Of a stretch of 64,000 nucleotides of DNA, positions 54,247-63,086 are shown one piece after another. The stretch is from Vicinamibacterales bacterium (GTDB lineage Bacteria > Acidobacteriota > Vicinamibacteria > Vicinamibacterales > UBA8438). Each line of letters begins with the position of its first letter. Position 1 is the stretch's first letter. The notes under the pieces are model-generated. The model was not told the origin of the DNA. It made no database searches and saw only the letters and a program-made list of their open reading frames with translations. Where the stretch lies: the NCBI GenBank assembly GCA_965203525.1, contig OZ241898.1, forward strand, positions 4,185,621 to 4,249,620, given 5' to 3'. Both the position numbers and the translations under genes were made by a program.

Positions 54247-54460
54247 GAATCGCGGGGCGGGGCGGCGGACCGCATTTGCGGCGTGTTCTCCGGGGAAGCC
54301 CGGCCGTGGGTCAAGCGGAATCGCGGGGCGGGGCGGCGGACCGCACTTGCAGCGCACCCGGACCTGTCCCCCGCCGCCGCGCGCAGGGTGGTCGCGATCT
54401 CCGACTCCCACGTCTCGTCGACTTGCAGCGCACCCGGACCTGTCCCCCGCCGCCGCGCGG
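54247..54460. repeat. Two adjacent short tandem duplications in the divergent intergenic region
   Basis: gaatcgcggggcggggcggcggaccgca occurs at 54247 and 54318 (period 71). cttgcagcgcacccggacctgtcccccgccgccgcgcg occurs at 54347 and 54422 (period 75). Confidence 0.9.
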
Positions 54461-54542
54461 CGTAGAATGTCCCTGACGGCGCGCGGTCCGCGGCGGAGCG
54501 GGGCCGCACGGCCGGTCGCAAGCGAGGAGGGGGGCGCAGACC

Positions 54543-55412
54543 GTGATGTTGAAGGCGATGCGGACGACGACCGTCGCGGCGGCGGTGCTGGCCGGGATCG
54601 GCCTCCTGGCGGCGGGTCCGGCCGCCGCGCAGCCGGCCGGCTTCGAGCCGCCCCGGCTGTCGAACGGCAACCCGGACATGAACGGCATCTGGCAGGCGCT
54701 GAACGCGGCGCACTACGACGTGGAGCCGCACGTCGCACGGCCGGCGATGCAGCTTCGCCAGGGTCCGCACGGCCCGCTGCCGGACGTGCCGGTGCTGGCG
54801 CTGGGCGCGGTGGGCGCCGTGCCGGGCGGCATGGGGGTCGTCGCGGGCGGCGGCCGGATTCCCTACACGCCGGAGGCCCGCGCGCTGAAGGAAGAGAACC
54901 AGGCGCACTGGGTGGACCGCGACCCGGAGGTCAAGTGCTACCTGCCGGGCGTGCCCCGCGCCACCTACATGCCGTTCCCGTTCCGGATCTTCCAGAACGA
55001 GGACAACTTCTTCATCGCCTACGAGTTCGCCGGGGCGGTCCGCGACGTCTATCTGGAGGACGTCGGTCCGGCCGAGACCGATTCGTGGATGGGCCAGTCG
55101 GTGGGCCGCTGGGAGGGCGACACCCTGGTCGTCGAGGTGACCGGCCAGAACGACCGGACGTGGTTCGACCGCGCGGGCAGCCACCACACGAACCAGCTGC
55201 GCGTCGTCGAACGCTATACGCTGATCGGCCCGCACCACATCCAGTACGAGGCGACGATGGAGGACCCCGCCGTCTTCACGGAGCCGTGGACCATCCGCAT
55301 GCCGCTCTACCGCCGGATCGAGCCGGGCGCGCGGCTGATGGACTTCAAGTGCGTCGAGTTCGTCGAGGAACTGCTGTTCGGCGATCTGCGCCGGAATCCG
55401 CTGCCGCGGTAG
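54543..55412 (+). CDS. Secreted protein, unknown family (paralogue 1)
   Basis: Track ORF of 289 aa with a signal peptide. Shares GRWEGDTLVVE and VERY motifs with 55454..56569 and 57789..58787. Confidence 0.7.
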   Translation: MMLKAMRTTTVAAAVLAGIGLLAAGPAAAQPAGFEPPRLSNGNPDMNGIWQALNAAHYDVEPHVARPAMQLRQGPHGPLPDVPVLALGAVGAVPGGMGVVAGGGRIPYTPEARALKEENQAHWVDRDPEVKCYLPGVPRATYMPFPFRIFQNEDNFFIAYEFAGAVRDVYLEDVGPAETDSWMGQSVGRWEGDTLVVEVTGQNDRTWFDRAGSHHTNQLRVVERYTLIGPHHIQYEATMEDPAVFTEPWTIRMPLYRRIEPGARLMDFKCVEFVEELLFGDLRRNPLPR

Positions 55413-55453
55413 CGTCCGGCACCGAGGGCCGCGTGGAAGGCAAGGAGGGACGG

Positions 55454-56569
55454 ATGCGCGATTCAATCCGACACGGACCGGCGGCCGGCGCGGCGCTCGC
55501 GCTCGGCCTCGCGGTCGCGGCCGGCGCCGCGATCCGGGCGCAGGAGGTTCCCCGCACCGCCGGCGGGCGCCCCGACCTGTCGGGGACCTACGACACGGCG
55601 ACGCTGACGCCGCTGGAACGGCCCGCCGGGTTCGGCGACCGCCTGGCGCTGACCGAGGAAGAGGCCGCCGCGCTCGCCGAGGGCGAACCGCTGGCGCTCG
55701 CCGCGGTGTTCGGCATCCCGCCGGAGCGGAACGTCGAGAGCGCGCCCCCCAGCGAGGCGCCGCCGGTGGGCGGCGACGGCTCGACCGGGGCGGCCGGCGC
55801 CGTCGGCGGCTACAACACCTTCTGGATGGACCGCGGCAGCTCGGCGTTCCGGATCGACGGCCAGTGGCGGACGTCGATCATCACCGACCCGCCGAACGGC
55901 CGCCGGCCGCCCCTGACTCCCGAGGCGCAGGCGCGCCGGGCCGAGGCGGCCGCCTTCTTCCGGCCGAACACCGGCACCGCGTGGTGGCTGATCGAGAACG
56001 GCCCCGACGCCCCCGGCCCCTACGACGACCCCGAGATCCGGCCGCTCGCCGAGCGCTGCCTGCTCGGCTTCGGCTCTACCGCCGGGCCGCCGATGCTGCC
56101 GGTCCTCTACAACAACCTGAAGCGGATCGTGCAGACCGACGACCACGTCCTGATCCTGGTCGAGATGGTGCACGACGCGCGCATCGTCCGGATGAACGCC
56201 GAGCACGCCCCGCCGGAGGTCCGGAGCTGGCTCGGCGATTCGATCGGCTGGTGGGAGGACGACACCCTCGTCGTCGAAACCACCAACTTCAACGACACGC
56301 CGGCGCTCGGCGGGGCGTCACGGAACCTGCGCGTCGTGGAGCGTTTCCGGCGCATCGACGCCGACACGCTGCTCTACCGGTTCACCGTCGACGATCCGAC
56401 GGTCTGGAGCGCGCCGTGGAGCGGGGAATACGTCTGGCCGGCCACCCGCGACCGGGTCTACGAGTATGCCTGCCACGAGGCGAACTACTCGTTCCGCGGC
56501 ATCCTGGGGGGCGCGCGCATTCTGGAGCAGGACGTCCGCGAGGGACGGGTCGCCGAACCGCCGCGGTAG
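55454..56569 (+). CDS. Secreted protein, unknown family (paralogue 2)
   Basis: ATG 55454 is preceded by AAGGAGGGA and followed by a signal peptide. Motifs are RPDLSGTY..TPLERP, WWEDDTLVVETTNF and YEYACHEANYS. Confidence 0.75.
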   Translation: MRDSIRHGPAAGAALALGLAVAAGAAIRAQEVPRTAGGRPDLSGTYDTATLTPLERPAGFGDRLALTEEEAAALAEGEPLALAAVFGIPPERNVESAPPSEAPPVGGDGSTGAAGAVGGYNTFWMDRGSSAFRIDGQWRTSIITDPPNGRRPPLTPEAQARRAEAAAFFRPNTGTAWWLIENGPDAPGPYDDPEIRPLAERCLLGFGSTAGPPMLPVLYNNLKRIVQTDDHVLILVEMVHDARIVRMNAEHAPPEVRSWLGDSIGWWEDDTLVVETTNFNDTPALGGASRNLRVVERFRRIDADTLLYRFTVDDPTVWSAPWSGEYVWPATRDRVYEYACHEANYSFRGILGGARILEQDVREGRVAEPPR

Positions 56570-56720
56570 GGAGGGTTCGCCGAAACGCCGGACGACGCCC
56601 GGACGGGCCGCGTCGCCCGCGGGCGGCGCAACCCGCGGCAGGCGGAGGGTTCGCCGCCCGGATGGACGGGCGGGAGATCCCGCAAGGAGAACGGAAGAGA
56701 CGGAAGCGGAGGTACACGCC

Positions 56721-57173
56721 ATGATCACACAGTCACGCCGCCGGTCACACGTCATCCTGCTCGGCCTGCTCGCCGCCGGCCTGCTCGCGGTCGTCGCGGC
56801 CGGCGTCCCGGCCGCCGCCCACCACGCCTTCGGCGCCGAGTTCGATCCGAACCGCCCGGTGCTCCTCCGGGGGCCGATCGTCCGGGTGGAATGGGTCAAT
56901 CCGCACACCTGGATCCACCTGGAGGTGACCAACGACGACGGCACCAAGGAGGTGTGGATGGTCGAAGGGGGCACGCCGAACACGCTGCTGCGCCGCGGCC
57001 TGCGGCGGGACTACGTGCAGCCGGGGACGGTGGTCGTCGTCGACGGCTACCAGAGCAAGGATCGGACGGCCCGCGCCAACGCGCGCGACCTGACCTTCGA
57101 GGACGGGCGCAAGTTCTTCATGGGCTCGTCCGGCACCGGCGCGCCGTACGACGCCGAGCGGCGCCCGCGGTAG
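56721..57173 (+). CDS. DUF6152-like small secreted protein
   Basis: ATG 56721 is preceded by GGAGG. The signal peptide ends ..PAAA, then comes HHAFGAEFDPNRPVLLRGPIVRVEWVNPHTWIHLEV. The family assignment is from memory of the HH(S/A)F..EFD pattern. Confidence 0.65.
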   Translation: MITQSRRRSHVILLGLLAAGLLAVVAAGVPAAAHHAFGAEFDPNRPVLLRGPIVRVEWVNPHTWIHLEVTNDDGTKEVWMVEGGTPNTLLRRGLRRDYVQPGTVVVVDGYQSKDRTARANARDLTFEDGRKFFMGSSGTGAPYDAERRPR

Positions 57174-57194
57174 CCGGGAGGGACGAAACCCGCC

Positions 57195-57560
57195 ATGGAC
57201 GCAACGGACGTCACGATGCTGATCGGATTCCTGGCCCTGGCTGCCGGGCAAATCAGAAGCGCCCACGCGCTGAACAAGCGTTTCGACGAGACGAACAAGG
57301 AAACGAACAAGCGCTTCGACGACATGAACAAGGAAACGAACAAGCGCTTCGACGACATGAGCAAGCGCTTCGACGACATGAACAAGCGCTTCGACGACGT
57401 GAACAAGCGCTTCGACGACGTGAACAAGCGCTTCGACGACGTGAACAAGCGCTTCGACGAGACGATACGAGAGATGGCCGACCTGCGGGAACGGATGGCG
57501 AGACTGGAAGGATCACTCGACGGATTCCTGGCCGGCCGCCGTGACCGCGACGCGGCATGA
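57195..57560 (+). CDS. Membrane-anchored coiled-coil protein built of NKRFDD(M/V) heptad repeats
   Basis: Track ORF of 121 aa. An N-terminal TM (VTMLIGFLALAAG) is followed by eight (N/S)KRFD(D/E) units encoded by 21-bp tandem repeats (aacaagcgcttcgacgacgtg). Confidence 0.7.
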   Translation: MDATDVTMLIGFLALAAGQIRSAHALNKRFDETNKETNKRFDDMNKETNKRFDDMSKRFDDMNKRFDDVNKRFDDVNKRFDDVNKRFDETIREMADLRERMARLEGSLDGFLAGRRDRDAA

Positions 57561-57601
57561 CACGGACCGGCCGCACCCGACGAGGTGACGATCGGATACG
57601 T

Positions 57602-57700
57602 TGCCGGCCCGCGTCACGAGACGGCGCGGGCCGGCAGCACCCGACGCGGTGACGATCGGATACGTTGCCGGCCCGCGTCACGAGACGGCGCGGGCCGGCA
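57602..57700 (+). terminator. Tandemly duplicated (period 64 bp) 12-bp-stem GC hairpin downstream of the repeat-protein gene
   Basis: tgccggcccgcg (57602-57613) pairs with cgcgggccggca (57625-57636). The second copy of both arms is 64 bp downstream. No U-tract follows. Confidence 0.5.
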
Positions 57701-57788
57701 GCGTCAGTGCGCAACCACCACTTCCGCGCTCCGGCCCTGCATCACTCCGCGTCGAAGTTGAAAGCGGGCCGTCACCGCCCGCCCGCCT

Positions 57789-58787
57789 TCACTCTCCGCC
57801 CGCTTCCCGTTCCTCGAGCCGCGCGCCGCCGAGGATGCCGGGCATCGAGTAGTTCCCCTCGTGGCAGGCGTACTCGAAGATCGGGTCCGTGGTCGACTCG
57901 TGGAGCAGCTCCACCGTCCACGGCCGCGTCCAGGTGTCGGCGTCGCGCAGGGTGATCTCGTGCCGCAGCACGCCGGGGCCGACCCGCGTGTAGCGCTCCA
58001 CCAGATGCAGGTTCGCGGTCGCTCCCGAGAAGCGCGCCCGCGGCGAGTAGTTCGTCGTCTCGACGACCAGCGTATCGCCTTCCCAGCGGCCCCGCGCGTC
58101 GCCGGCCCACAGCCGGATGCCGTCGTCCACGCGGGGCCGGCCGTCGAGCGGAATCACCCGCGTGAAGTGCCCCATCTCCTGGAAGATCGCCACGTGGGTC
58201 GGCGTCTGCGCGAGCTGGAAGTAGCTGTTGTAACCCGCCCCCATGCGCGGCGCGTCGAAATGCAGGCAGCGGTCGCCCAGGGTGCGGTCCTCGGGACCGT
58301 CCGACGGATGCTCGGCCCGGTAGGCCCGCCGCTCGGCCGCCCGCGCCGCGGCCGCCTCGGTCAGCGCGGGAATGCGGCCGTCGGGGGGATCGACGATGAG
58401 CGACGTCCGGTTGTCGAGATGGCGCTCCACCAACCAGAACGCGTTGTAGTTCCCGGTGACGACGTCGAAGTCCTGGAACTCCGGATTGCCGAGCGCCTGC
58501 TGGACGAGCCGGTCGCCGAGCAGGTCGCCCGCCTGCTCGGCGTCCCGGAACTCGGCGATCTTCCGCGTCAGCTCGGCGAGCTCCTCGTCCGAGAGCGTCG
58601 TCCTGCCGGCGAGCTGCTCGGGCCGCTCCAGCGGCGTCGCGCTGTTGTTCATCCAGATGCCGGACAGATCCGGCTGCCCGAAGGCGTTTCTGGGCGCCGT
58701 GTAGTCGTCCTGGCCGAACGCCGCGACGGGCGCCAGCGCGAGAACGGCGGCCAGCGCCGCCCCTGCCGTGAAACCGCGGCCACTCAT
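57789..58787 (-). CDS. Secreted protein, unknown family (paralogue 3)
   Basis: ATG 58787 is preceded by GGGGGAGG and followed by a signal peptide. Motifs are QPDLSGIW..TPLERP, GRWEGDTLVVETTNY and FEYACHEGNYS. Confidence 0.75.
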   Translation of the reverse strand: MSGRGFTAGAALAAVLALAPVAAFGQDDYTAPRNAFGQPDLSGIWMNNSATPLERPEQLAGRTTLSDEELAELTRKIAEFRDAEQAGDLLGDRLVQQALGNPEFQDFDVVTGNYNAFWLVERHLDNRTSLIVDPPDGRIPALTEAAAARAAERRAYRAEHPSDGPEDRTLGDRCLHFDAPRMGAGYNSYFQLAQTPTHVAIFQEMGHFTRVIPLDGRPRVDDGIRLWAGDARGRWEGDTLVVETTNYSPRARFSGATANLHLVERYTRVGPGVLRHEITLRDADTWTRPWTVELLHESTTDPIFEYACHEGNYSMPGILGGARLEEREAGGE

Positions 58788-58962
58788 TGGAACCTCCCCC
58801 TGCGCCTTTCGCATGTGCCGGCCGGCGGAGGCGCCGCCGGCCCGTTTTCCCCTCACGATAGACGGCGGCGCCCGCCGGCGCAAGGCGTCCGTGGTACAGT
58901 CCGATCCTGCGCCGCCGGCCGTGCGGCGGAGACGACGATCCGCCTCCGGCGAGGAGACCACC

Positions 58963-59628
58963 ATGCACGTTCCCCATCGACGCCGGCCGTCCTGCGCCGC
59001 CGCGGGCGCGCTCGTCACCGGGCTGCTGACCCTGACCCCTGCCATGACCGCAACCGCAACCGCCCAGGACCGCATGCCGCCGTTGCCGGCGGAGCAGTTG
59101 ACCCCGGAACAGCAGGCCGCCGTCGAGGAGTTCCGGGCGGCCCGCGGCACGGACCGCGTCGGCGGGCCGTTCGCGCCGCTGCTCCGCAGCCCCGAGATGA
59201 TGAACCGCGCGCGCAACGTCGGCGACTACGTCCGCTACCGCAGCGCCCTGCCGCCGCGTCTGAGCGAGTTCGTCATCCTGCTGACCGCCCGCCACTGGAC
59301 GCAGGACTACGAGTGGTACGTGCACGCCCCGATCGCCGAGCGCGAAGGGCTGGACCGCGCCGTCATCGAGGCGGTGGCCGACGGGCGCCGGCCGGCGGAC
59401 CTCGCGGACGACGAGGCGGCGGTCTACGACTTCTGCACGGAGCTGCTGCGCACCCACCGCGTCAGCGACCCGACCTACGCCCGCATGGTGTCGCACCTGG
59501 GCGAGAAGGGGGTCATCGACGCGATCGGCATCCTGGGCTACTACCAGTTGCTGGCGATGGTGATGAACACGGCGCGGACCGCGCTCCCGGAAGGGGTGGA
59601 GCCGGCGTTGCCGGCGTTTCCGCGCTGA
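58963..59628 (+). CDS. Carboxymuconolactone decarboxylase (CMD/AhpD-like) family protein with Tat-type signal
   Basis: ATG 58963 is preceded by GAGGAG. The N-terminus MHVPHRRRPSCAAAGAL...ATAQD has a twin-Arg-like signal. LLTARHWTQDYEWYVHAPIA is typical of CMD. Confidence 0.7.
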   Translation: MHVPHRRRPSCAAAGALVTGLLTLTPAMTATATAQDRMPPLPAEQLTPEQQAAVEEFRAARGTDRVGGPFAPLLRSPEMMNRARNVGDYVRYRSALPPRLSEFVILLTARHWTQDYEWYVHAPIAEREGLDRAVIEAVADGRRPADLADDEAAVYDFCTELLRTHRVSDPTYARMVSHLGEKGVIDAIGILGYYQLLAMVMNTARTALPEGVEPALPAFPR

Positions 59629-59736
59629 AGCAACGCCTGCGCCGGCTCGACACGCGAAGAACGGCCGCGGCTGGACGGAGGTCCGGAGCATTTGCACCAC
59701 TTCGGGGCACGCGCCCTGATTCGGGGAACGTGACGC

Positions 59737-62277
59737 ATGGGCTGGCGCTGGCTCGACGACCTGGGGCGCGACCTGCGCCACGCCCTCCGGGGCTTGCGGC
59801 GCAGTCCCGGCTTCGCGACCACCGTGGCGCTCGTCCTCGCGTTGGGCATCGGCGCGAACAGCGCCATGTTCGGCATCGTCCACGGCGTCCTGCTGCGGCC
59901 GCTGCCGTACCCGGACGCCGGCGCGATCGTGCGCGTCGGCGAGTCTTTCGGTCCGGGAGGCGCGTCGGACCTGCGTCTGTCGAACCGCTCGCTGCCGCTG
60001 CTGCAGGAGAGCGCCAAGTCGTTCGAGCAGCTCGCCGCCTACCAGGAGGTCTCCGCCGGTTGGGACGGTGCGGGCGGTGTCACCCTGCGCGGCGCCAGGG
60101 TCTCGCCGTCGCTGTTCCCGCTGTTGCGGGCAGCGCCCCGCCTGGGGCGGCTCTTTCTGGAGGAAGAAGCGCGGACGGGCGCGGAGCGCGTCGTGCTGCT
60201 GAGCCACGACGCCTGGACGAACCGCCTCGCCTCGGAACCGGCCGTCGTCGGAACCACGATCGACCTGGACGGCGACCCGCACCTCGTCGTCGGCGTACTT
60301 GCCGAAGGGTTCCGCTTCCCGACTCCGGACAGCGAGTTCTGGACGCCGTACGTCGTTCCGCCGTTCACGCCGACGCGGGCGGAGGATGCGGCAGGGCAAC
60401 CTGGCAATCCCGTCGTCGACGTCCTGTTCAAGACGCTCGGGCGGCTTGGGCCGGGCGTCTCCGCGGACCAGGCGGCCACGGAAGCCCGCGCCATCCTGCA
60501 GCGAAGCGGCGACGCGTTCGGCGCGCTGGCGGGAGGGAACGGCCGGCGCGACGTGCGCGTGGTTCCATTGCTGGAGGAGATGGTCGGTGCGTACCGGCCG
60601 GCGCTGTCGTTGCTGACCGCGGCCACGGCGCTCCTGCTGCTGGTCGCCTGCCTGAACGCGGCGGGTCTGCTGCTGGCGCGCGGGCTGGCGCGCCAGCGGA
60701 CGCTTGCCGTCAGCGCGGCCCTGGGCGCGAGCAGGAGCCGGCTCGTACGGCAGCTTCTGACCGAAAGCACGGTGCTGAGCCTGGGCGGGGGCGTGCTCGG
60801 GCTGGCCGCGGCGGCCGCCGTTCTGCAGGTGGCGCCCGCGCTCGTTCCGGGCGACGTCGCACGCCTCGAGGAAGTGCGAATCGACGGCGTGGTGTTCGCC
60901 TTCACCGCCGGGCTGTCGATCGTGGTCGGGCTGCTGTGCGGGGCGGGGTCGGCTCTCCAGCGGTCGCAGATCCATCCGGCGCGCACGCTGAACGAGGGGA
61001 GCGCGCGGTCGGCCGGCGGTTTCCGGTTGCGGCGGACGCATCGCATGCGCACGGTGCTGTCGACGATGCAGGTGGCGCTGGCGGTCGTACTGCTGATCGG
61101 CGCGGGGTTGTTGCTGCGCAGCTTCGTGCGGCTCGTCACGTTCGACCGCGGTTTCGACCCGGCCGACGTGGTTGCGACCTCGGTCACGAATCCGATGTCG
61201 ATCGCACCGCACGAAGTACCGGAACAATGGTCCCGAATGACAGGCGACCACCAGCGACTGCAGGAACGCATCTTTGACGAGCTGACGATGCGGTTGGGGG
61301 CTCTCCCGGACGTCGAAGCGTTCGGACTGTCGTGGAACCTGCCCTTCGGAAGGAACTCCCGAAGCAGTGCGCCGTTGCGGCCGGCCGGCACTCCCGTACC
61401 GAGCGATCCGAACGAGATGGTGCGAACGTTCCTGCAGATCGTGAGTCCCGGTTACTTCGAGACGATGCGGTACCGCGTGCGCGACGGTCGTACCTTCACC
61501 CGTCTGGACGGGCGGGAAAGTCCGCGCGTCCTGGTGGCCAACGAAACGCTGGCCCGCCAACTCTTCGGGAACCGTCCGGCCGTCGGCCGGCAGGTGATAG
61601 TCGGCCATGGCGAACCCTGGGAGGTGATCGGCGTCGTGGGGGACGTCGTGTACGGGGGGCTTGCACTGACGGCGGAACCGCAAGCCGAGGCATTCTTCCC
61701 GCTGGCTCGGAGCGGCGAGACGTTCTTCGGCTTCCGCCAGCGGATACTGATCACGATCCGGACGCCCGGTGATCCGCTGGCGGTGGTTCCCTTTCTGCGC
61801 GAATCCGTGGCGGCGGCGAGCCCGCGGGCGACGATCGGCCAGGTGACGACGATGGAGGAGCGGCTGTCGACCGCGGTTGCCGGGCCGCGTCTCTACGCTT
61901 TCTTTACAGGGTCGCTCGCCGGGCTTACCCTGGCTCTCGCGGCGATCGGGGTCTACGGGCTGTTGAGCCACACCGTGGCGCAACGCGAACGCGAGATAGG
62001 AATCCGCATGGCGCTGGGCGCCGGGAGCAGGCAGATTCTCGCGCTGGTTGCGCGACAAGGCGCGGCGCTCATGGGCGTCGGCATCTTCCTCGGCGCAGGC
62101 GCCGCGGTCGCATCGAGCAGGATGTTGGGGAGTCTTCTCTACGGTGTCGCCACCAACGACCCTCTGACGTTCTTTCTGGCGCCCTTCGTGCTCGTGGTCG
62201 TTGCGGTTGTCGCCTGCTGGTTCCCGGCCCGGCGGGCGGCGGGCGTCGACCCGATGAAAATGCTTCGCTTCGAATAG
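59737..62277 (+). CDS. ADOP-type duplicated MacB/FtsX-family permease
   Basis: Track ORF of 846 aa. The N-terminus is LRHALRGLRRSPGFATTVALVLALGIGANSAMFGIVHGVLLRPLPYPD, followed by two FtsX modules. It ends GVDPMKMLRFE. Confidence 0.85.
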   Translation: MGWRWLDDLGRDLRHALRGLRRSPGFATTVALVLALGIGANSAMFGIVHGVLLRPLPYPDAGAIVRVGESFGPGGASDLRLSNRSLPLLQESAKSFEQLAAYQEVSAGWDGAGGVTLRGARVSPSLFPLLRAAPRLGRLFLEEEARTGAERVVLLSHDAWTNRLASEPAVVGTTIDLDGDPHLVVGVLAEGFRFPTPDSEFWTPYVVPPFTPTRAEDAAGQPGNPVVDVLFKTLGRLGPGVSADQAATEARAILQRSGDAFGALAGGNGRRDVRVVPLLEEMVGAYRPALSLLTAATALLLLVACLNAAGLLLARGLARQRTLAVSAALGASRSRLVRQLLTESTVLSLGGGVLGLAAAAAVLQVAPALVPGDVARLEEVRIDGVVFAFTAGLSIVVGLLCGAGSALQRSQIHPARTLNEGSARSAGGFRLRRTHRMRTVLSTMQVALAVVLLIGAGLLLRSFVRLVTFDRGFDPADVVATSVTNPMSIAPHEVPEQWSRMTGDHQRLQERIFDELTMRLGALPDVEAFGLSWNLPFGRNSRSSAPLRPAGTPVPSDPNEMVRTFLQIVSPGYFETMRYRVRDGRTFTRLDGRESPRVLVANETLARQLFGNRPAVGRQVIVGHGEPWEVIGVVGDVVYGGLALTAEPQAEAFFPLARSGETFFGFRQRILITIRTPGDPLAVVPFLRESVAAASPRATIGQVTTMEERLSTAVAGPRLYAFFTGSLAGLTLALAAIGVYGLLSHTVAQREREIGIRMALGAGSRQILALVARQGAALMGVGIFLGAGAAVASSRMLGSLLYGVATNDPLTFFLAPFVLVVVAVVACWFPARRAAGVDPMKMLRFE

Positions 62278-62299
62278 GAATCCGTGTCAGGGGAAGCCG

Positions 62300-63028
62300 T
62301 CATCGCTCCAGTTCGCGGACTCGCGCCTGCGCTTCCGCAATCTGTTCGGGCGTCATGCGTTCGGCGAGACGGTCACGCAGCTCGCGGGCCCCTGCGACGC
62401 CGCTGGCCGACGAGGCGAGAGTCAGCCACGCGTAGGCGGAGACAGGGTCTCGCGCCACGCCCGTCCCGTTCAGGTACGACAGCCCGAGGACAACCTGCGC
62501 GCCAGCGTCCCCCTGCTCGGCGGCGAGTCGGGCCCAACGCACCGCCTCATCGAAATCCTGCGCTACGCCATGCCCGTGGTAGTACGCCACTCCCAGAAGA
62601 GCCTGCCCCCGGGCGTTTCCCTGCTCGGCGGCGAGCCGGGACCAGCGCACCGCCTCCCCGTAGTCTTGCGCCACACCACGCCCATTGTAGTACACCACTC
62701 CCAGAAGAGCCTGCGCGTCGGCGTCTCCCTGCTCGGCGAGAATTCGATCCGCCTCCGTGGCGACTGCCCGGCGTGCGCCGGCGTCTCCTGCCCGGCGATC
62801 CGCCTCCGTAGCGACTTCGCGGGTGTTCGGGTCGGCGTCTTCCTGCTCGGCGGGAATTCGATCCGCCTCCACGGCGGCTTCCCGGGTGCGTGCGTCGGCG
62901 TCTCCCTGCTCGGCGGGCGCTCGGTCCGGCTCCACGGCGACTTCCCGGGTGCAGGCCGGGATTCCAGCGAGCAGCCAGCCGGCAACGCCCAGACCGGGCA
63001 GCAGCCGCCACGCCGTCAACTTCGTCAT
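62300..63028 (-). CDS. Sel1-repeat lipoprotein
   Basis: Track ORF of 242 aa with a lipobox (LLAGIPAC). Three Sel1 units (AEQG.A.AQ..LG..Y..G.GVAQD..EAVRW) follow four approximately 19-aa N-terminal repeats. Confidence 0.8.
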   Translation of the reverse strand: MTKLTAWRLLPGLGVAGWLLAGIPACTREVAVEPDRAPAEQGDADARTREAAVEADRIPAEQEDADPNTREVATEADRRAGDAGARRAVATEADRILAEQGDADAQALLGVVYYNGRGVAQDYGEAVRWSRLAAEQGNARGQALLGVAYYHGHGVAQDFDEAVRWARLAAEQGDAGAQVVLGLSYLNGTGVARDPVSAYAWLTLASSASGVAGARELRDRLAERMTPEQIAEAQARVRELER

Positions 63029-63086
63029 GGCGCCACTGTATCATGATCCACGGGCCATCCTCAGCGGTTCCGGGCTTTCGCGAACT

